DNA of 53,697 nucleotides, counting the filler, from Streblomastix strix (taxonomy: Eukaryota): NCBI GenBank assembly GCA_008636045.1. It is 3 parts of 3 records of this genome, joined end to end, with 100 filler letters (N's around TTAATTAATTAA, not from the genome) between each part and the next. Parts side by side here need not be neighbours in the genome. Positions count along the whole stretch, not along the records: positions 35,880 to 53,697 come from SNRW01000669.1; 2 more parts are not named here. One strand, 5' to 3'. Shown here piece after piece: positions 40,785 to 53,697 of the stretch. Within the stretch, counting starts at the first letter, position 1; the number at the start of each line of letters is the position of its first letter. The position numbers and the translations under genes were made by a program. The notes below the pieces were generated by a model. It was not told the DNA's origin and did not search any database. It worked only from the letters and a program-made list of their open reading frames with translations.

Positions 40785-41975
40785 TTTAGTATATTTTGAT
40801 TTAATTGAATTTTATAGATTGAGCTATTTTTAATATTTAATTTGATTGTTGGATGAATAGTATCTAAAATAGATTGTCGTCATATATTATATAAACTCAT
40901 GAAACAGTTTAAACTATTAATTATTCATGCATTTTATATTTAACCATTATTCATTCACAAACACTTATGCATCTACTTATTAACTCCACTTTTGTAGTGG
41001 TAGATTAATGTACATATTTATGACATGTGCAGATACTTATTTTTACATTTTTGATTTGATTTTACTTCTACTTGTACTGATAACAATCATCTCTATGAGT
41101 GATATTCTTTATTTTTTCTAAGAGAGATTTTAATATTTTATTTTTTTTAACTAATTTAAATAATATTTTATTTGCATCTTTTTCTTTCTTAACTTTACTT
41201 ATCTTTCAAAACCATCTTCTTTTTGTTTAATAGTACTTCCTTCTTTAATCTTAATTTTTCATCTTATTTTAACACTATTAATTCTTATTTCTGAACTTTT
41301 ATTCTTACTTATTCACTTCTTATTTTATTAATATATACTTTCTTACAAAGTCTTTATCATTTGATTAAAATTTAACTCAAACTTAAATTAACTTTCTTTA
41401 GCATCACTTCATTTCATACTATATTTGTAATAATATAATTAATTTACATATGATAGCTATTTGTAATTTACTTTATTTTTATTAAAAAAAATTGAGATGA
41501 AACAAAATAATATATTAACTATTGATAAACTGACAAAATATGAAGATAAATGAATATGATAGATTAAATATAATCAAACTCACTTATAATACCTACTTGG
41601 TTTTTTGTTGCTATTGTTGAAATAAATAAAAAATTGATTAAATTTGAGTCAAATTACTTAAATCATTAAAAAATCATAATTTATCAAACATAAAGAACTG
41701 AAGAAAATAAGAATTTCATTATTATGATGTTCTGAGCATCTTCATAGCTAGGGATTGTAATTGATTTAGTCAGTAAAAATGGAAAATGGTCAGATCCATA
41801 ATTAGAGAAAGAGATATCTAAAAGTTATATAAGTTATCAGAAGTTTATAAGATAAATCAAAAAAAAAAAAATAATCAAATCCATTACAAATTATTTTAAA
41901 GAGATTGTATTAAGCGACTGAACAAGTGAAAATGTGTGAAACAGATCAACTTCAATTATATCAATTTGGTTATAT

Positions 41976-43007
41976 TCAGCTGCTGTGAATGTAGTGGTTC
42001 AATGCAGCTGCTTTTGTCCATTTCACTTAATCCTTGATGAACCCACTGAATACTTTTCCATTATTAACAAATTACGCTTCAATTTCTTCAATTCCGCCTT
42101 CTTCCTCGATTTGCTCTTCTGATCTTCGTGCAAGTTTATGTTGAGGCGAGAAATATGGAGAATAATTCCCTCCAAGATGAAGATTATCTAAGAACTATTG
42201 GATATAAATTAAAGTATCATTGATCTCATTATCGTATTCTTCTCCTTGACCGCCTGCTGTACTTATTACAATTACTAACATTCCAGCGTATTTAATATTC
42301 ACAAGTTAAGCATGGTTTAATGCATTACCATAATAATGAATCCAACTAAGACAGTTCCTACTATTAAATCTAATTGATAATGTCTATTGATTGTATTCTT
42401 CATTCAAATGAATATTGTGTTTGTAACATGCAAGAACGGCAAGTGAGCGAATCAGATTTGGTGTCTAAATCAATTCTTTGCGTTTATTATCATTCTGGAA
42501 TTGGCTTTTAAGAGATTTAAGACAAGAAATGATATTTGTTAGAGAAGATGTTGATTCTGATTCTGATTATTCATTTTATTTTCTTTCCTTGATTAATGTG
42601 TATGAATTTGCAAAAGAAATTACAGCTGATGTTACATCTTATATTTTTTAATCTAATTATCCCATTTATTATTTTGGAGCTGAAAATATTATTTTGAGAT
42701 TGATAGAATAAAGCAGAAAGTTTATGAATTAAAAAAAAAATAATCATTTCAAATTAATAAAAAAAAATTTAATAATTTAATAATATTTAAAATTAAGTTC
42801 TATATAATTATTATTATTTCTAATTTATTTGATATAAATAATTTTAAATTAATAATTAGTCAATTAATAAATATGACATTTATATAATTAAATATTTATA
42901 CCTTATTCATTTTCATCTTTTTCTTCTGTAAAACGTAATCTTTTATTTCCATTTGTAACCTAATAGTCACTTTCCCCTACTTATTTCTGAGGTCTTTTGT
43001 TATTCAT
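41976..43007 (-). CDS. Hypothetical protein of an expanded lineage-specific family (STAGGQGEE / EEQIEEEGGIEEIE)
   Basis: ATG 43007, one intron (~42680-42901), open to TGA 41978-41976. Paralogue of 51346-52377. Confidence 0.75.
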
Positions 43008-44074
43008 TCTGAATAAAGTCTGTTTAGAAAAAAGAAAGTAAATAAATAATTTTCGAATAAAAAACTATTTTTGTTAATTAGGTTTTAGACAAAGAGAACA
43101 GCAGTTCTAAATTAGTGCGTAAAAATTGTCAAAAAATATGTAGTAGTTATAAACCAGCTTAAAGAAGTTGTAAAACAGTATATGGCAGTTGAAAATCAGT
43201 GCGTGGTAATCTTAAACTAGTGTGCAACGGTAATGCGGCAGCTTCTGTATGATTAATGAAATTAAATGTATAGATTAATCTTTTAAGTGATAATATATGT
43301 GAATATATCATTATTTTTTAGGAAAACAACGGAGAATATTTTGTTGATAATTGCGGTTTTTTAAAATCATAGGTGATTCAGTGGATATGAGATTATATTA
43401 ATTTGTTTTTTATAGAAAAATATTATATTTAATACATTTTTCATAAAATATCATTAATATTCGATAAAAAATAATTTTAGTATGGATCCAAGAAGATAAA
43501 TCGGCAGATTTTTGCAATAATTTGTTCGACGATGTTCTTGCAGAAATATCAGTTTTATAGATACACCAATAGTTATGATTTGGTCTTTATCATCATTTAT
43601 CTTGAATTATTTTATCCATAGGCTAGAAAATTTTATCTACCTTTTAAAATTTATAAAGGCTAAAAATTTAGCTTTTTTCGAAATTAAATATGCAAAATTA
43701 TTATTTTAAAATTTATTTTGAATAGCAATTTATTTTTTTATATTTATTTTTTGAATCTATGGCAATGTTAATCTCAGATTCTTTTGTTTTTTAACTTTTT
43801 CATTTTTTTCATCAATGTCTAGTTTTATAAATATATTTGAATCATAAATTCTAAAATATTTATTAAATTGTTTACTTTTTTCCAAAATTTATATCTCGTC
43901 AGTTATCTCTAGCCAATTAAAATAAGTTTTATTTTTAAATAATAAATCGCTTTTTATAAATGAATCAAAAGTTATTCTTTATTTTTTAGAGACAATTCTA
44001 TGTATTTTAATGTATTCTATATTTATTTTTAATATTCACTTATATTTCTAACTTAACTGTTTTATAAGCTTATT

Positions 44075-46718
44075 ATGAGTTTTGGCTAAATAAATTTCAA
44101 GGATATTGGACGTGCTACAATTGCTCTACGAGATATTGCATTAGGCGAAGTTGTCTTACGAGAATTTCCACTTGTACGTAGTTTCCCACCAGAAAAGATA
44201 TTTGTTGATATTTGCAATAAGCATGATATTGAGCAAGTATTTGGATAATTTTTAATTGGATTTATATTTGCAGATGATGCCAAACAATAATGGATCCTAA
44301 ATGAGATGTATTGGCCCTAGATTTAAAACAAGAAAAATATTGAAAAAGACATGAACGAACTGTTAGAAATATGCAAAGATGTCAGCAATTATACACAATT
44401 GCGATATTAAAGCCATCCTAAACATTGGGATTAGTATATAACAAGAAAACCACTCGAAATCGACGTGCAAACATTTATAACTCTATATTTCATATGGAAC
44501 ACAAACTCACACACTTTCGGAGCCTATTTCACACCATCAGATATTAATTCAGATGATTTGAGTGTAAATCCAGGATATGAAGAGATTAGCAGAGAAGAAG
44601 GTAAAGAATTTGGAACTGCAATGTTTGAATTGGCTTCTCGTGTTCCACATTCCTGTTCTCCCAATATGAGTTATGTTGTAAGGAAACAAATAAGAGATGA
44701 TCGGCCTCTGAATTTGGTGTATCGATGTGTTAGACCAACTAAAATTGGAGAAATACTGAGCTTCTCATACATTGATAGTTATGATCTTATTTTCAGAAGT
44801 ACGAGTATGCGACGTGCAGATTTGATGAGACACAAATATTTCTTCTGTTTGTGTCCTCGATGCAGATCTGAAGATTTAAGCAGACCATTATTCTGCCCAT
44901 AAAAACATATATGCAAAAATTGCAAAGGAAAAAAACCTTTTGCTTTTCGATGTGATGTTGAAGGATGGGAACATGTTATGAACAATAAGAAAACATATGG
45001 AATTGAATTTGATGAAAATGAATTACATGAAATGAAATAAGAATAAGAATAATAATAAGATTTCATTCTTCCTCAACCTTCGGTTTCTGTGTTTGAAGAT
45101 AAAGAAACAACTTATAAACCAAATTCATTGAAAGATTATGATTAGATGATTACATTGCCAATATCATTCCCAGTCATTTTAAATGATTCAAATAAAGAAA
45201 AATAAACTTAATCATCTTCATCATCAACAAATAATCTTCATAACAAACTTCTTTGGGGATAAACTGTTGATACTCCATTTGCACTCAGTTCACAAATTAA
45301 TAAACCTTGGAGATGCTCATATTGCAATGAGAGATTCACCGAATATGAAATGATAAAGAGAATCTTGATTGAGAGAATGTTGAAGAGAATTGCATTCATA
45401 TTAATTGGGAAAGAAGACTATGGGAAGAATGGAGTTGGAATTGGAGATGATGATGTTGATGAAGTTGAGGATGAAATTGAACTAGAAATGAAGAGATAAG
45501 AAAATAAAAATTAAAGAATAAATGAATAAGTTGAAATTGAAGTAAAAGAAACAAAAGAATTAATAAGTGAATATGATGAATATAATAATTATTAATAATT
45601 AATTGAATAAAAAGAAAAGGAGATTTTGAGTTATTTGTTTGGAGAAGTGAAATGAGATTAAATTTACTAATAAGAAAAATAACGGAGAGAAATATCTAAA
45701 TAAGAAATAAGAATCAAACTTCTTAAACGAAACAAATAATCAAATTCAATTTAAGATGAAAATTAAATATAAGATTAAAATAAGAAGGATTTTGAATAAG
45801 AATCAATATCAGATAATGATGAATAAGATGAAGATGAAGATGAAGATTAAGAATCACATTCAGATGAAGATGAATAAGCAACTGCATCTGAGAGAATGAG
45901 AAGACTTGAATATTTAATTGGAATATGTGAGTAATTATTGGGAAAGGGACATTGGACAGTTGCATGGCTTCATGAACAGGCGATGGAAACAGTTGCTTCT
46001 AATCTCACAGACAGCTTGTATGAATATTATTATCTTATATTATTATAATTATTATAATTATAATTATTATTATTGTTTTATATTATATAATCATTTACAA
46101 TTCAGCGTTACGAAAGATGATGCAACATCATAACTCATTAAACATGGAGTTCCTTTAATTGGATATGCAGAACGAGTAACAAGAAATGGATTAGACTATT
46201 CAACAGGACCAGCATATTTCACACTGAGATTGGGTTTAATTCTGGAGTAGATTTCATAGCAAATGAAATAAACAGAGATGAAACTTAGATCAGAAAGAGA
46301 GAAATGGAAAATTAATGATAATGAAAATAAAAGAAATGAAAATAAAATCAATTTAAAAGAGTTTGATCCAATTCCATCAGAAGACTAATAAGATATTTAT
46401 AGTTCAGATCTTATGAATGATGTTTTACATGCAACTGAATAAGTATAGATATCTTCAGAACAAAAAGATTAATAAGAAAGTATTATTATTAATAATAACA
46501 ACAGAATTTGTCCATGTGGATGTTTCGCTCGTAGATTGAGTCCATCTTCGCGTCTTTTCCGTCGGTCAATTGTGCCATTCTTGGCTGAATGGGGAATAAA
46601 AGAGCAGATTTCAGAGCATTTGATGGAGAATATTGAAGGTGGGAGAGTTGAAGCTGAAAAGTTACTTTAGGAAGCTGGTGTAATACTCGAAGCTAACACC
46701 GATGAACGTGAAGAATGA
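44075..46718 (+). CDS. SMYD-like SET-domain lysine methyltransferase; internal TGA at 45653
   Basis: GRATIALRDIALGEVVLREFP, WNTNSH, ASRVPHSCSPN, GEILSFSYID, post-SET FFCLCPRC, WRCSYC, LGKGHW. Intron 46018-46105. Ends TGA 46716-46718. Small upstream exons from 43960 are possible. Confidence 0.85.
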
Positions 46719-47342
46719 ATTCAATGAGTGATTAATTAATAATACTAATAATATTAATAAAAAAAACAATTCATAATTCCAAAAAATGTTTAATTATAAT
46801 AAATTATTTGAAATTGGTCTCCATTTATTGGTTGAAAAATTTTGGCAAAACTGATTTTTAAATTTGTATTATACTCTCAGATATGTTTTCATGTTGTTGA
46901 GATTGAGTTTCTTATTATTGAACGGCTGATGTAACTTAACTATTTGACTGTTATTCAGATGAGTATAGATTAAATTTGGAATAATTAATTTATTCAAAGT
47001 TGATTGATTTTATATTATTAGATCCAATTTATTTTCTTTGTCGAGTATGTTCTATTATCAATAATAAGTTGTGAAGGTAAAGTGAGAAATTAAATCAAAT
47101 CATTTTATTTAAATATTATGATAAAATTTATTATTTTGTTATTAAAATTAAAAAATTAGACAATATCAAATTAAAAATTCTAATAAAAATGCTCAACAAA
47201 TAAAATGATACTAAAAACCACCCTCAAAAATAAAATTTCATCACATTTCCATCATTTTCAGTTAATAATTCTTATTGAATTAATTTTCTGATATCAATTC
47301 TTTAATTTGTATTTCATCACCAATTAATCTGAAATTTCATAT

Positions 47343-50300
47343 TCATTTTTTATTCAATTCTTCCTTATTTTTCTTCTTTCCTTTATTTTAATGTTTATTT
47401 TCTTCTTTTTCTTTCCTCTTATTATTATAAGTATCCTTCTTTTATTCATCTTCTTTCTGTACTTCAATATCTTCTTCATCCTTACTAATAATTCTATCTT
47501 TAACCAAGAAAGGATCACCAATCATGAAATTTGCTTTAATTTCTTTTTATTTTATTTTCTGATGATTTTTCTTCTCATTTTATTTCTTTTTCTCTTCATC
47601 TTATTCTTTCATATCATGTTTCTATCTAATACGATCCTTATTCTCATTTAATTTCTCATTCACATTCATTTCTTCTCTTATAAGCTTGTCTTTTATCAAG
47701 ATTGGTTTTCCAATATCAAATTATTATTTGCTTCCTTCATGCTTTCTTTTCTTTTGATTTTCTTTTTCTTATTGTTTCTATTAATCTATTTCTTTATCAT
47801 TTAATACCTTATCTTTTGTTAATATTGAATTTCCAATCATAAATCTTTTACTACCATCTTCTTATCTCTAATTGTGAGGATTAATATTTTCTTTCTTTTT
47901 AATTTCATTCTTTTATTATTTCACTTCTTTGAAGTTATCTGTTTTATTTTCATTCATATTATCTTCTTCAATTATTCCTTTATCTTTTGTTAGAATTGGA
48001 TTTCCAATCTAAAATTATTCTTTATTTTATTTATCATTTCTTATTTATTCATTTTCTTTTTCTATTTCAACATTTTCTTCTTTAACTTCTTTATCTTTAA
48101 TTAATATTGGATTTCCAATTATTAATTATTCTTTGTGTTCTTTTTCATTCTTTTTCTACTTAACTATTTTTTATTTCTCATTTTCTTCTTTAACTTCTTT
48201 ATCTTTAATCAAAACTGGTTCTCCAACATTCAATATTTATTTATTATCTTTTTATTAATTTCTCTAATAATTCTCTTTTTTATTTGATTTATTATTCTCT
48301 TATTCTTCTTCAATATCTTCTTCACTAACTATTTTGTCTTTAATTAATATTGGATTTCCAATTATTAATTAATCTTTGTATTATTTATCATTCTTTTTCT
48401 ATTTAATTATTTCTTCTTTCTCATTTTCTTCTTTAACTTCTTTATCTTTAATCAATATTGGTTCTCCTATATTCAATATTTATTTATTCAATTTTTATTC
48501 ATCTCTCTTATTATTATTCTATTTATTATTCTCTTATTCTTCTTCAATATCTTCTTCACTAATTATTTTATCCTTAATCAATACTGGTTCTCCAATACTA
48601 AATTATTTGTATTATTTGTGATTATCGAATCCATCATCAATTGTTTAAGCTTATTCTTCACTGACAATCTTATCTTTAATCAATGTTGGCATTCCAATAT
48701 TCAAATCAGATTATTATTGATCATTTGAATGATTAATAGATTCATCTTACAAATTATCACTATTCGATTATTATGTATTTTATCCATTTACTAATTCTGA
48801 ATTTGTATTTTGATTCTACAATTAAATTTCTTAATCTTTTATTTTATTTTTTTTTCTCTTCTAGAAATAAAGCCAACAGCAAAAACTTGATATGATGATT
48901 GACATAATAATAAACACAACTGCAGCAATAAGGATTATTCCCCAATAAGGAAATGTAAATCTTTCTTTTGTATCTGGTGCAATATCTTATTCTAATTCTT
49001 ATTCAATATCTGAAATTGGATCTTCTTTTTCTTCTTCAATAGTAATTGTAATTTCCAATTAAACAGCCGAATTAATTACTCCATCTTTTCCTGTGAATAT
49101 ATTTTCATCATTTGAAATCAATACTCCATAAACCTTCTCTTTATAATTGAGCCATTCATATTCATTCATTCTAAATGTAGCTTTTTATCCATTTTCTATT
49201 TCACCTTCAATTAAGATTGGAGAATATGATCCATTTTCAGGTGGAAAGATTACTTCATTTAATTCAGTTTGAAGTAATTTATTTTCATTTGAAGTAGACG
49301 AGAAAGAATTTATTGGTACAAAGATGGAGTTTGAAGAATTATTAATTTATTATTACTATTTTTATTTATTAATTCTGATTTGATTATTATTCATTATTTT
49401 ATTTCTATTTGAGATAGAAGAAATGGATGAATTATCATTAACGGAATTAATATTATTCATATTGTTTTAAAAGTTCTTTTATTTCTATTCTTAATCAATT
49501 TCTTCTTATGTTTTATTCCTCAATTCAAATATTTTCACACTCAGATATCCTGGAACCATTCTTTATCCTTCAAGAGTAAATATAAGAGTTTATTCTTTTG
49601 ATATACTATGAATAGCTTATGCTCTTTTCAGAATTCCTAATAATTTCCACCAATATTCAAGAGGCTTTTAATGTTGCACAATGGATTCAATATTGGATAT
49701 ATTGAATGTGTTAAAATCCATGGGAATTCCTTCAAGTTCATTTATATTAGATATTCCATCATTATAATTTCCTTTCACATATTCTCCTAATATTCCATAA
49801 TTACACCATTAGACAACTTTTGTCATTGCAACAAATAAACTTTATCCTCCTTTACCAGCTGTATTATTATATATATTCATTCCATGAAGATCAATCAGCT
49901 TAGTTGAAGGATCATAATCTCCTTATCCACTAAGAAACAAGCCGCCTCCAAACCCAGTTGCAGAATATCTTGATTAAGAATTTGTACTATTCAAAGCTCT
50001 ACATCCTTAAATAAGAGAATCTTTGATTAGAAAGGAACCGTTTTATGCAAAGTTAATCTAAGTGTAGATTCCACCTCCATTTCCTCCAAAACTGGAACAT
50101 CTTAAGAATAACAATCGGTGAATAAACACAATCCATCAATTGTTAATTCAGCTCCACTACTAATATTAGCATATATTGCTCCACCATCCTAAGTAGTATT
50201 GCAATTGTTGAATGTAGAATTAAGAATCCAACATTTCCCTTTATTTGAAAGACGGATGTTTAAAGCACCTCCAAATATTTCGTTATTCCCACAATTCTTG

Positions 50301-51082
50301 AATGTACAATTGGTTACTTTGAATTCATCAGTTGATTGATTAACTACGATACTTTATGATCCTTTTCCATCAAACTCTTGGTTGGATAAGTACTTCGTTT
50401 CTGCTGCTACTTCAAAGATGGAATGATATATAATTATCACGAGAAGAAATATTAAATTATTGCATTGTTTGGTTTCTTTCTTTTACAGTTACGGATCATA
50501 TTTTTAACTGATGTTTCTTAGAGATAATAATGCTATCATAATTGCTCTCAACAGAAGAGCAATAAATATTATCTTGAATTAACTGATTAAGGCAGAGTTT
50601 ATTATTGAAATGTCTACTTCATTAACAAATTGAATCAAAATTGCGTTTCCAACTTCATTAATTAGCTTATTATTAAGTATTGTGAGTGAGTTCGAGCTAT
50701 TTCCCTAGTTTGGCTGGATATATTACTTATCATGATGACCTTTAAGCTCAAATATATCTTATTTTGTAGAATTTTCCTGGATAATGTCGTGATTCAGCTA
50801 GTGAGAGTCGAATTCTTGACGAATTTCAAAGTTCAGATCTTTTTCGTTGTCAACATTTGAATACTCAGTGAATTTCATATTTTCAATAATTGAAACATTT
50901 TCGTAGCTGAAAAATGTGAGTGATGCACTCTAATACAGCATGCCACCTTAGATATGATTCACTTGAATGTTATCATTCTAGCCCTGGTCGTTGGCCCAGT
51001 TGACATGGGTTATTATATTGCAATTCGCGCATAATATAAAGTGTGCAATGATTATCGTTACTAATAATATTGCTTGGTACAT
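47343..51082 (-). CDS. Type I membrane/surface protein with GGAI/GGGI beta-helix-like repeats, a TM helix and a repetitive cytoplasmic tail; frameshift near 50100
   Basis: Signal-like N-terminus, FGGALNI / DGGAIYA / GNGGGIY / GFGGGLFL repeats, TM WGIILIAAVVFIIMSIIISSFCCWLYF (~48865-48945), tail repeats IGxPILIKDK. Stop TGA 47345-47343. May be a pseudogene, or the true start may lie near 50465. Confidence 0.65.
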
Positions 51083-51345
51083 CGCTCTATTTGCAAAAGA
51101 GTAAACAATTATCCAAAGCAAATAAATTATTAATTATGATTAGACAAATAAGTTATTAAAGTTCATATTAATAAATATTGCTATTTTGAATGTCTTATAT
51201 TCAAAAGTGCAAATTGACCTGCTCCAAAATTAGATAAAGAGATATTCAAAAATTTAAGTGTTAAATGCACTAATTCAGCCCTTCCAACAGTAAAGGTTAT
51301 GCAAAGAATTCTAAATCAAACTCAATTATATCAAATTGGTTATAT

Positions 51346-52377
51346 TCAGCTATTGGGAATGAAGTGGTTCAATGTAGCTGCTTTGGTCCATTTCACTTAA
51401 TCATTGATGAATCCACTAAGTACTTTTCTATTATTAACAAATTATGATTCAACTTCTTCAATTCCACCTTCTTCCTCTATTTGCTCCATTGATATTCGAG
51501 CAAGAAAAACCTAAGGAGGGAAATATGTATAATTTCCTCCAAGATGAAGATTATTTAAGAACTATTGGATATAAACTAAAGAATCATTGATTTCATTATC
51601 TTATTCCTCTCCTTGACCACCTGCAGCACTTATTGCAATTACCAACACTCCAGCATATCTGATACTCACAAGTTTGGAATGGTATAATTCATTACCATAA
51701 TAATGAATCCAACTAAGACAGTTTCTACTATTCCTTCTAATTGATAATGTCTATTGATTGTATTCTTCATTCAAATGAATATTGTGTTTGTAACATGTAA
51801 GTAGGGCAAGTGAGCGAATCAGATTTGACATCTAAATCAATTCTTTGCGTTTATCGTAATTCTGGAATTGGCTTTTAAGGGATTAAAGATATGAAGTGAT
51901 ATTTGTTAGAGAAGGTGTTGATTCTGATTCTGATTATTCATTTTAATTTCCTTGTTTGTTATATATGTTTGAATTTGCAAAAGAAGTTATAATTCTTGCT
52001 TCATCTAAGATTTCTTAATCTAATTGATCCATTTATTATTTTGGAGCTGATAATATTATTTTATGATTGACAGAATAAAACAGAAAGTTTATGAAATAAA
52101 AAAAATAAACATTTCAAATTAATTTTAGTAAATGAAAATAAATTAATAATATTTAAAATTAAGTTCAATATTTTAATTATCAGTTCAAATTAATTTGATA
52201 TAGTAATTAATTTTAAATTAATAATTATTCAATCAATTATCTATGACATTTATATAATTAAATATTTATACCTGATTTATTTTCATCTTTTTCTTCTGTC
52301 AAACGTAATCTTTTATTTCCAATTGTAACCTAATAATTACTTTATGTAACTTATTTCTGAGGATTTTTGTTATTCAT
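51346..52377 (-). CDS. Paralogue of 41976-43007 (same lineage-specific family)
   Basis: Highly similar exons, intron and flanks. ATG 52377, TGA 51348-51346. Confidence 0.75.
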
Positions 52378-52671
52378 TCTGAATAAAGATGGTAAATAAA
52401 AAAGTTAGTAAATAAATAATTTTCTAATAATAAATAATTTTTGTTAATTAGATTTTAGACTAAGTGTGGAAGTTATAAGCAAGTGTGAAGCAGTTGTAAA
52501 ACAGTGCATGGGAAATGTAATATTGTTTGTTGAAATCTTAAACTAGTGTGCAGTGGTCATATGACAGTTTCAAAATGATTTATGATAGTATATATATTAA
52601 TATATTAAACGATAATATATGTGAATATATCATTGTTCTGTAAGCAAATAATTGAGAATATTTCGTTAATA

Positions 52672-53697
52672 CGTTATCACGAAGTTCAATTGCTCAACCT
52701 CTTTATTACGAGACTGCCATACTCGGCCGTAGGGACTGGATGCTCCCACGAGCTGTCCATCCCTATGGGTCAGCCATTATTTAAAATTTAATGAAAGCTT
52801 GAAATGTTTAATATACGATAAATCTGAAAATCCCTGTTACGGGAAGAACAGCAAAGAGGTTTAAACAATTAAAGAAAAAAGGATTGATATTTGAGGAAAA
52901 CATTAAAAGAAAAACACACTCACCATAGCATTCTCGTTGTTGCGAGAGTGAGAAAAGAATATTAAATTCGTACAAAAAACCTCACGAAATACGTCACGCA
53001 GTTAATAAAAAATTCCAGTGTTGCTATTGTTTGTTGTTTGTTTTCTTATCATTGATGTTGTTAATCTTTATCAAAACTTCTTCGGTGTAAGTATTCGTTA
53101 GCATTCCAACTGCTGCATTAGTCTTGTTGTCTAGACATATCATCATCATCACATTGATCAATGTATATCATATCGCTTCGTGCTCCTGTGTTGTCGGTTG
53201 GTTCAATTCCTCGACCGACGGGTAGGGTCTCATCAAATGGGAGGGCAAGAGGTTGAGCAATTGAACTTCCTGATAACGTATTATTACCAGAATATTATAA
53301 ATAACAATCTGGCAATATACTTATATCACTCTGTTCAATTGCTCCACCTCTTTATTACGAGATGGTTTAAGTAGCGTAGCTTTGGTCGTGACTTCCCACG
53401 AGCTAAGACGCGATATCATTAATCCCTGCATTCGCAGCATATAAGTAGTAGTTGCTTGTAGTACTTGAAAATACACTGTGGTGTGTAAAAATGTTCAATT
53501 TTGTTGTATCAAGTCCTTGTCTTGCTAGTTCTGTTGATGCTGCATGTTTAAATGAGTATGCAGTTGCCCTACGGATACCGATTTCGCGTAAAAGGGAGTT
53601 TAGCCAAAGGCTGATTCGTCGTTTATCTGCTGGTTATCCATCAGGTTACCAAAAAAGACTCGCAATTTATTCAGGATCCATCCCATAACGCCAATAT
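52672..53697 (-). mobile_element. Terminal part of a DIRS-like (tyrosine recombinase) retroelement
   Basis: YR C-terminus followed by an internal complementary region (53248-53278) matching the putative terminus (52672-52703). Insertion interrupts the segment duplicated from ~43340. Confidence 0.7.
53049..53697 (-). CDS. Tyrosine recombinase, C-terminal part (DIRS type)
   Basis: ISLWLNSLLREIGIRRATAYSFKHAASTELARQG...NIFTHHSVFSSTTSNYY matches the YR box II and catalytic Tyr layout. Frame open to TGA 53051-53049. Confidence 0.75.

Noticed and set aside
41100..41900. Possible K/E-rich coding remnants
   Set aside because: Short, interrupted by stops and without recognisable motifs.
53192..53220. 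GGTTCAATTCC resembling a tRNA T-loop / Pol III B box
   Set aside because: No cloverleaf or A box could be built. It lies antisense within the YR reading frame.

Overview
AT-rich eukaryotic genomic DNA that uses a non-standard code. TAA/TAG read as Gln (e.g. the conserved AKR motif TIA-TAA-VLLRW) and genes end in TGA, so the supplied standard-code ORF track is mostly spurious fragments. The code, short GT-AG introns and gene families suggest an oxymonad such as Streblomastix (inference). The window is three probably unlinked contigs of near-equal length (1-17843, 17944-35779, 35880-53697) joined by N44-TTAATTAATTAA-N44 linkers. Contig 1 holds host genes (a Q/N/S-rich giant ORF, a lineage-family gene, aldo-keto reductase, a ubiquitin-like-domain gene, UAP56/Sub2), a MITE and a decayed SF3 helicase. 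Contig 2 is largely a decaying Polinton/Maverick-type endogenous virus (SF3 helicase, putative capsid genes, KilA-N, A32-like packaging ATPase, an intact orphan ORF, protein-primed PolB with an HNH-like insert, integrase), with nested pogo/MITE insertions and three copies of a conserved structured ~90-bp element. Contig 3 holds a poly-Gln gene fragment, an LRR gene, a SMYD-like SET gene, two paralogues of a lineage family, a surface protein and the end of a DIRS-like tyrosine-recombinase retroelement. The most striking observation is that several otherwise intact host ORFs each carry a single in-frame TGA at a Trp-compatible position, which suggests UGA may be context-dependent (sense internally, stop at gene ends). 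All translations were done by eye and no database searches were run.
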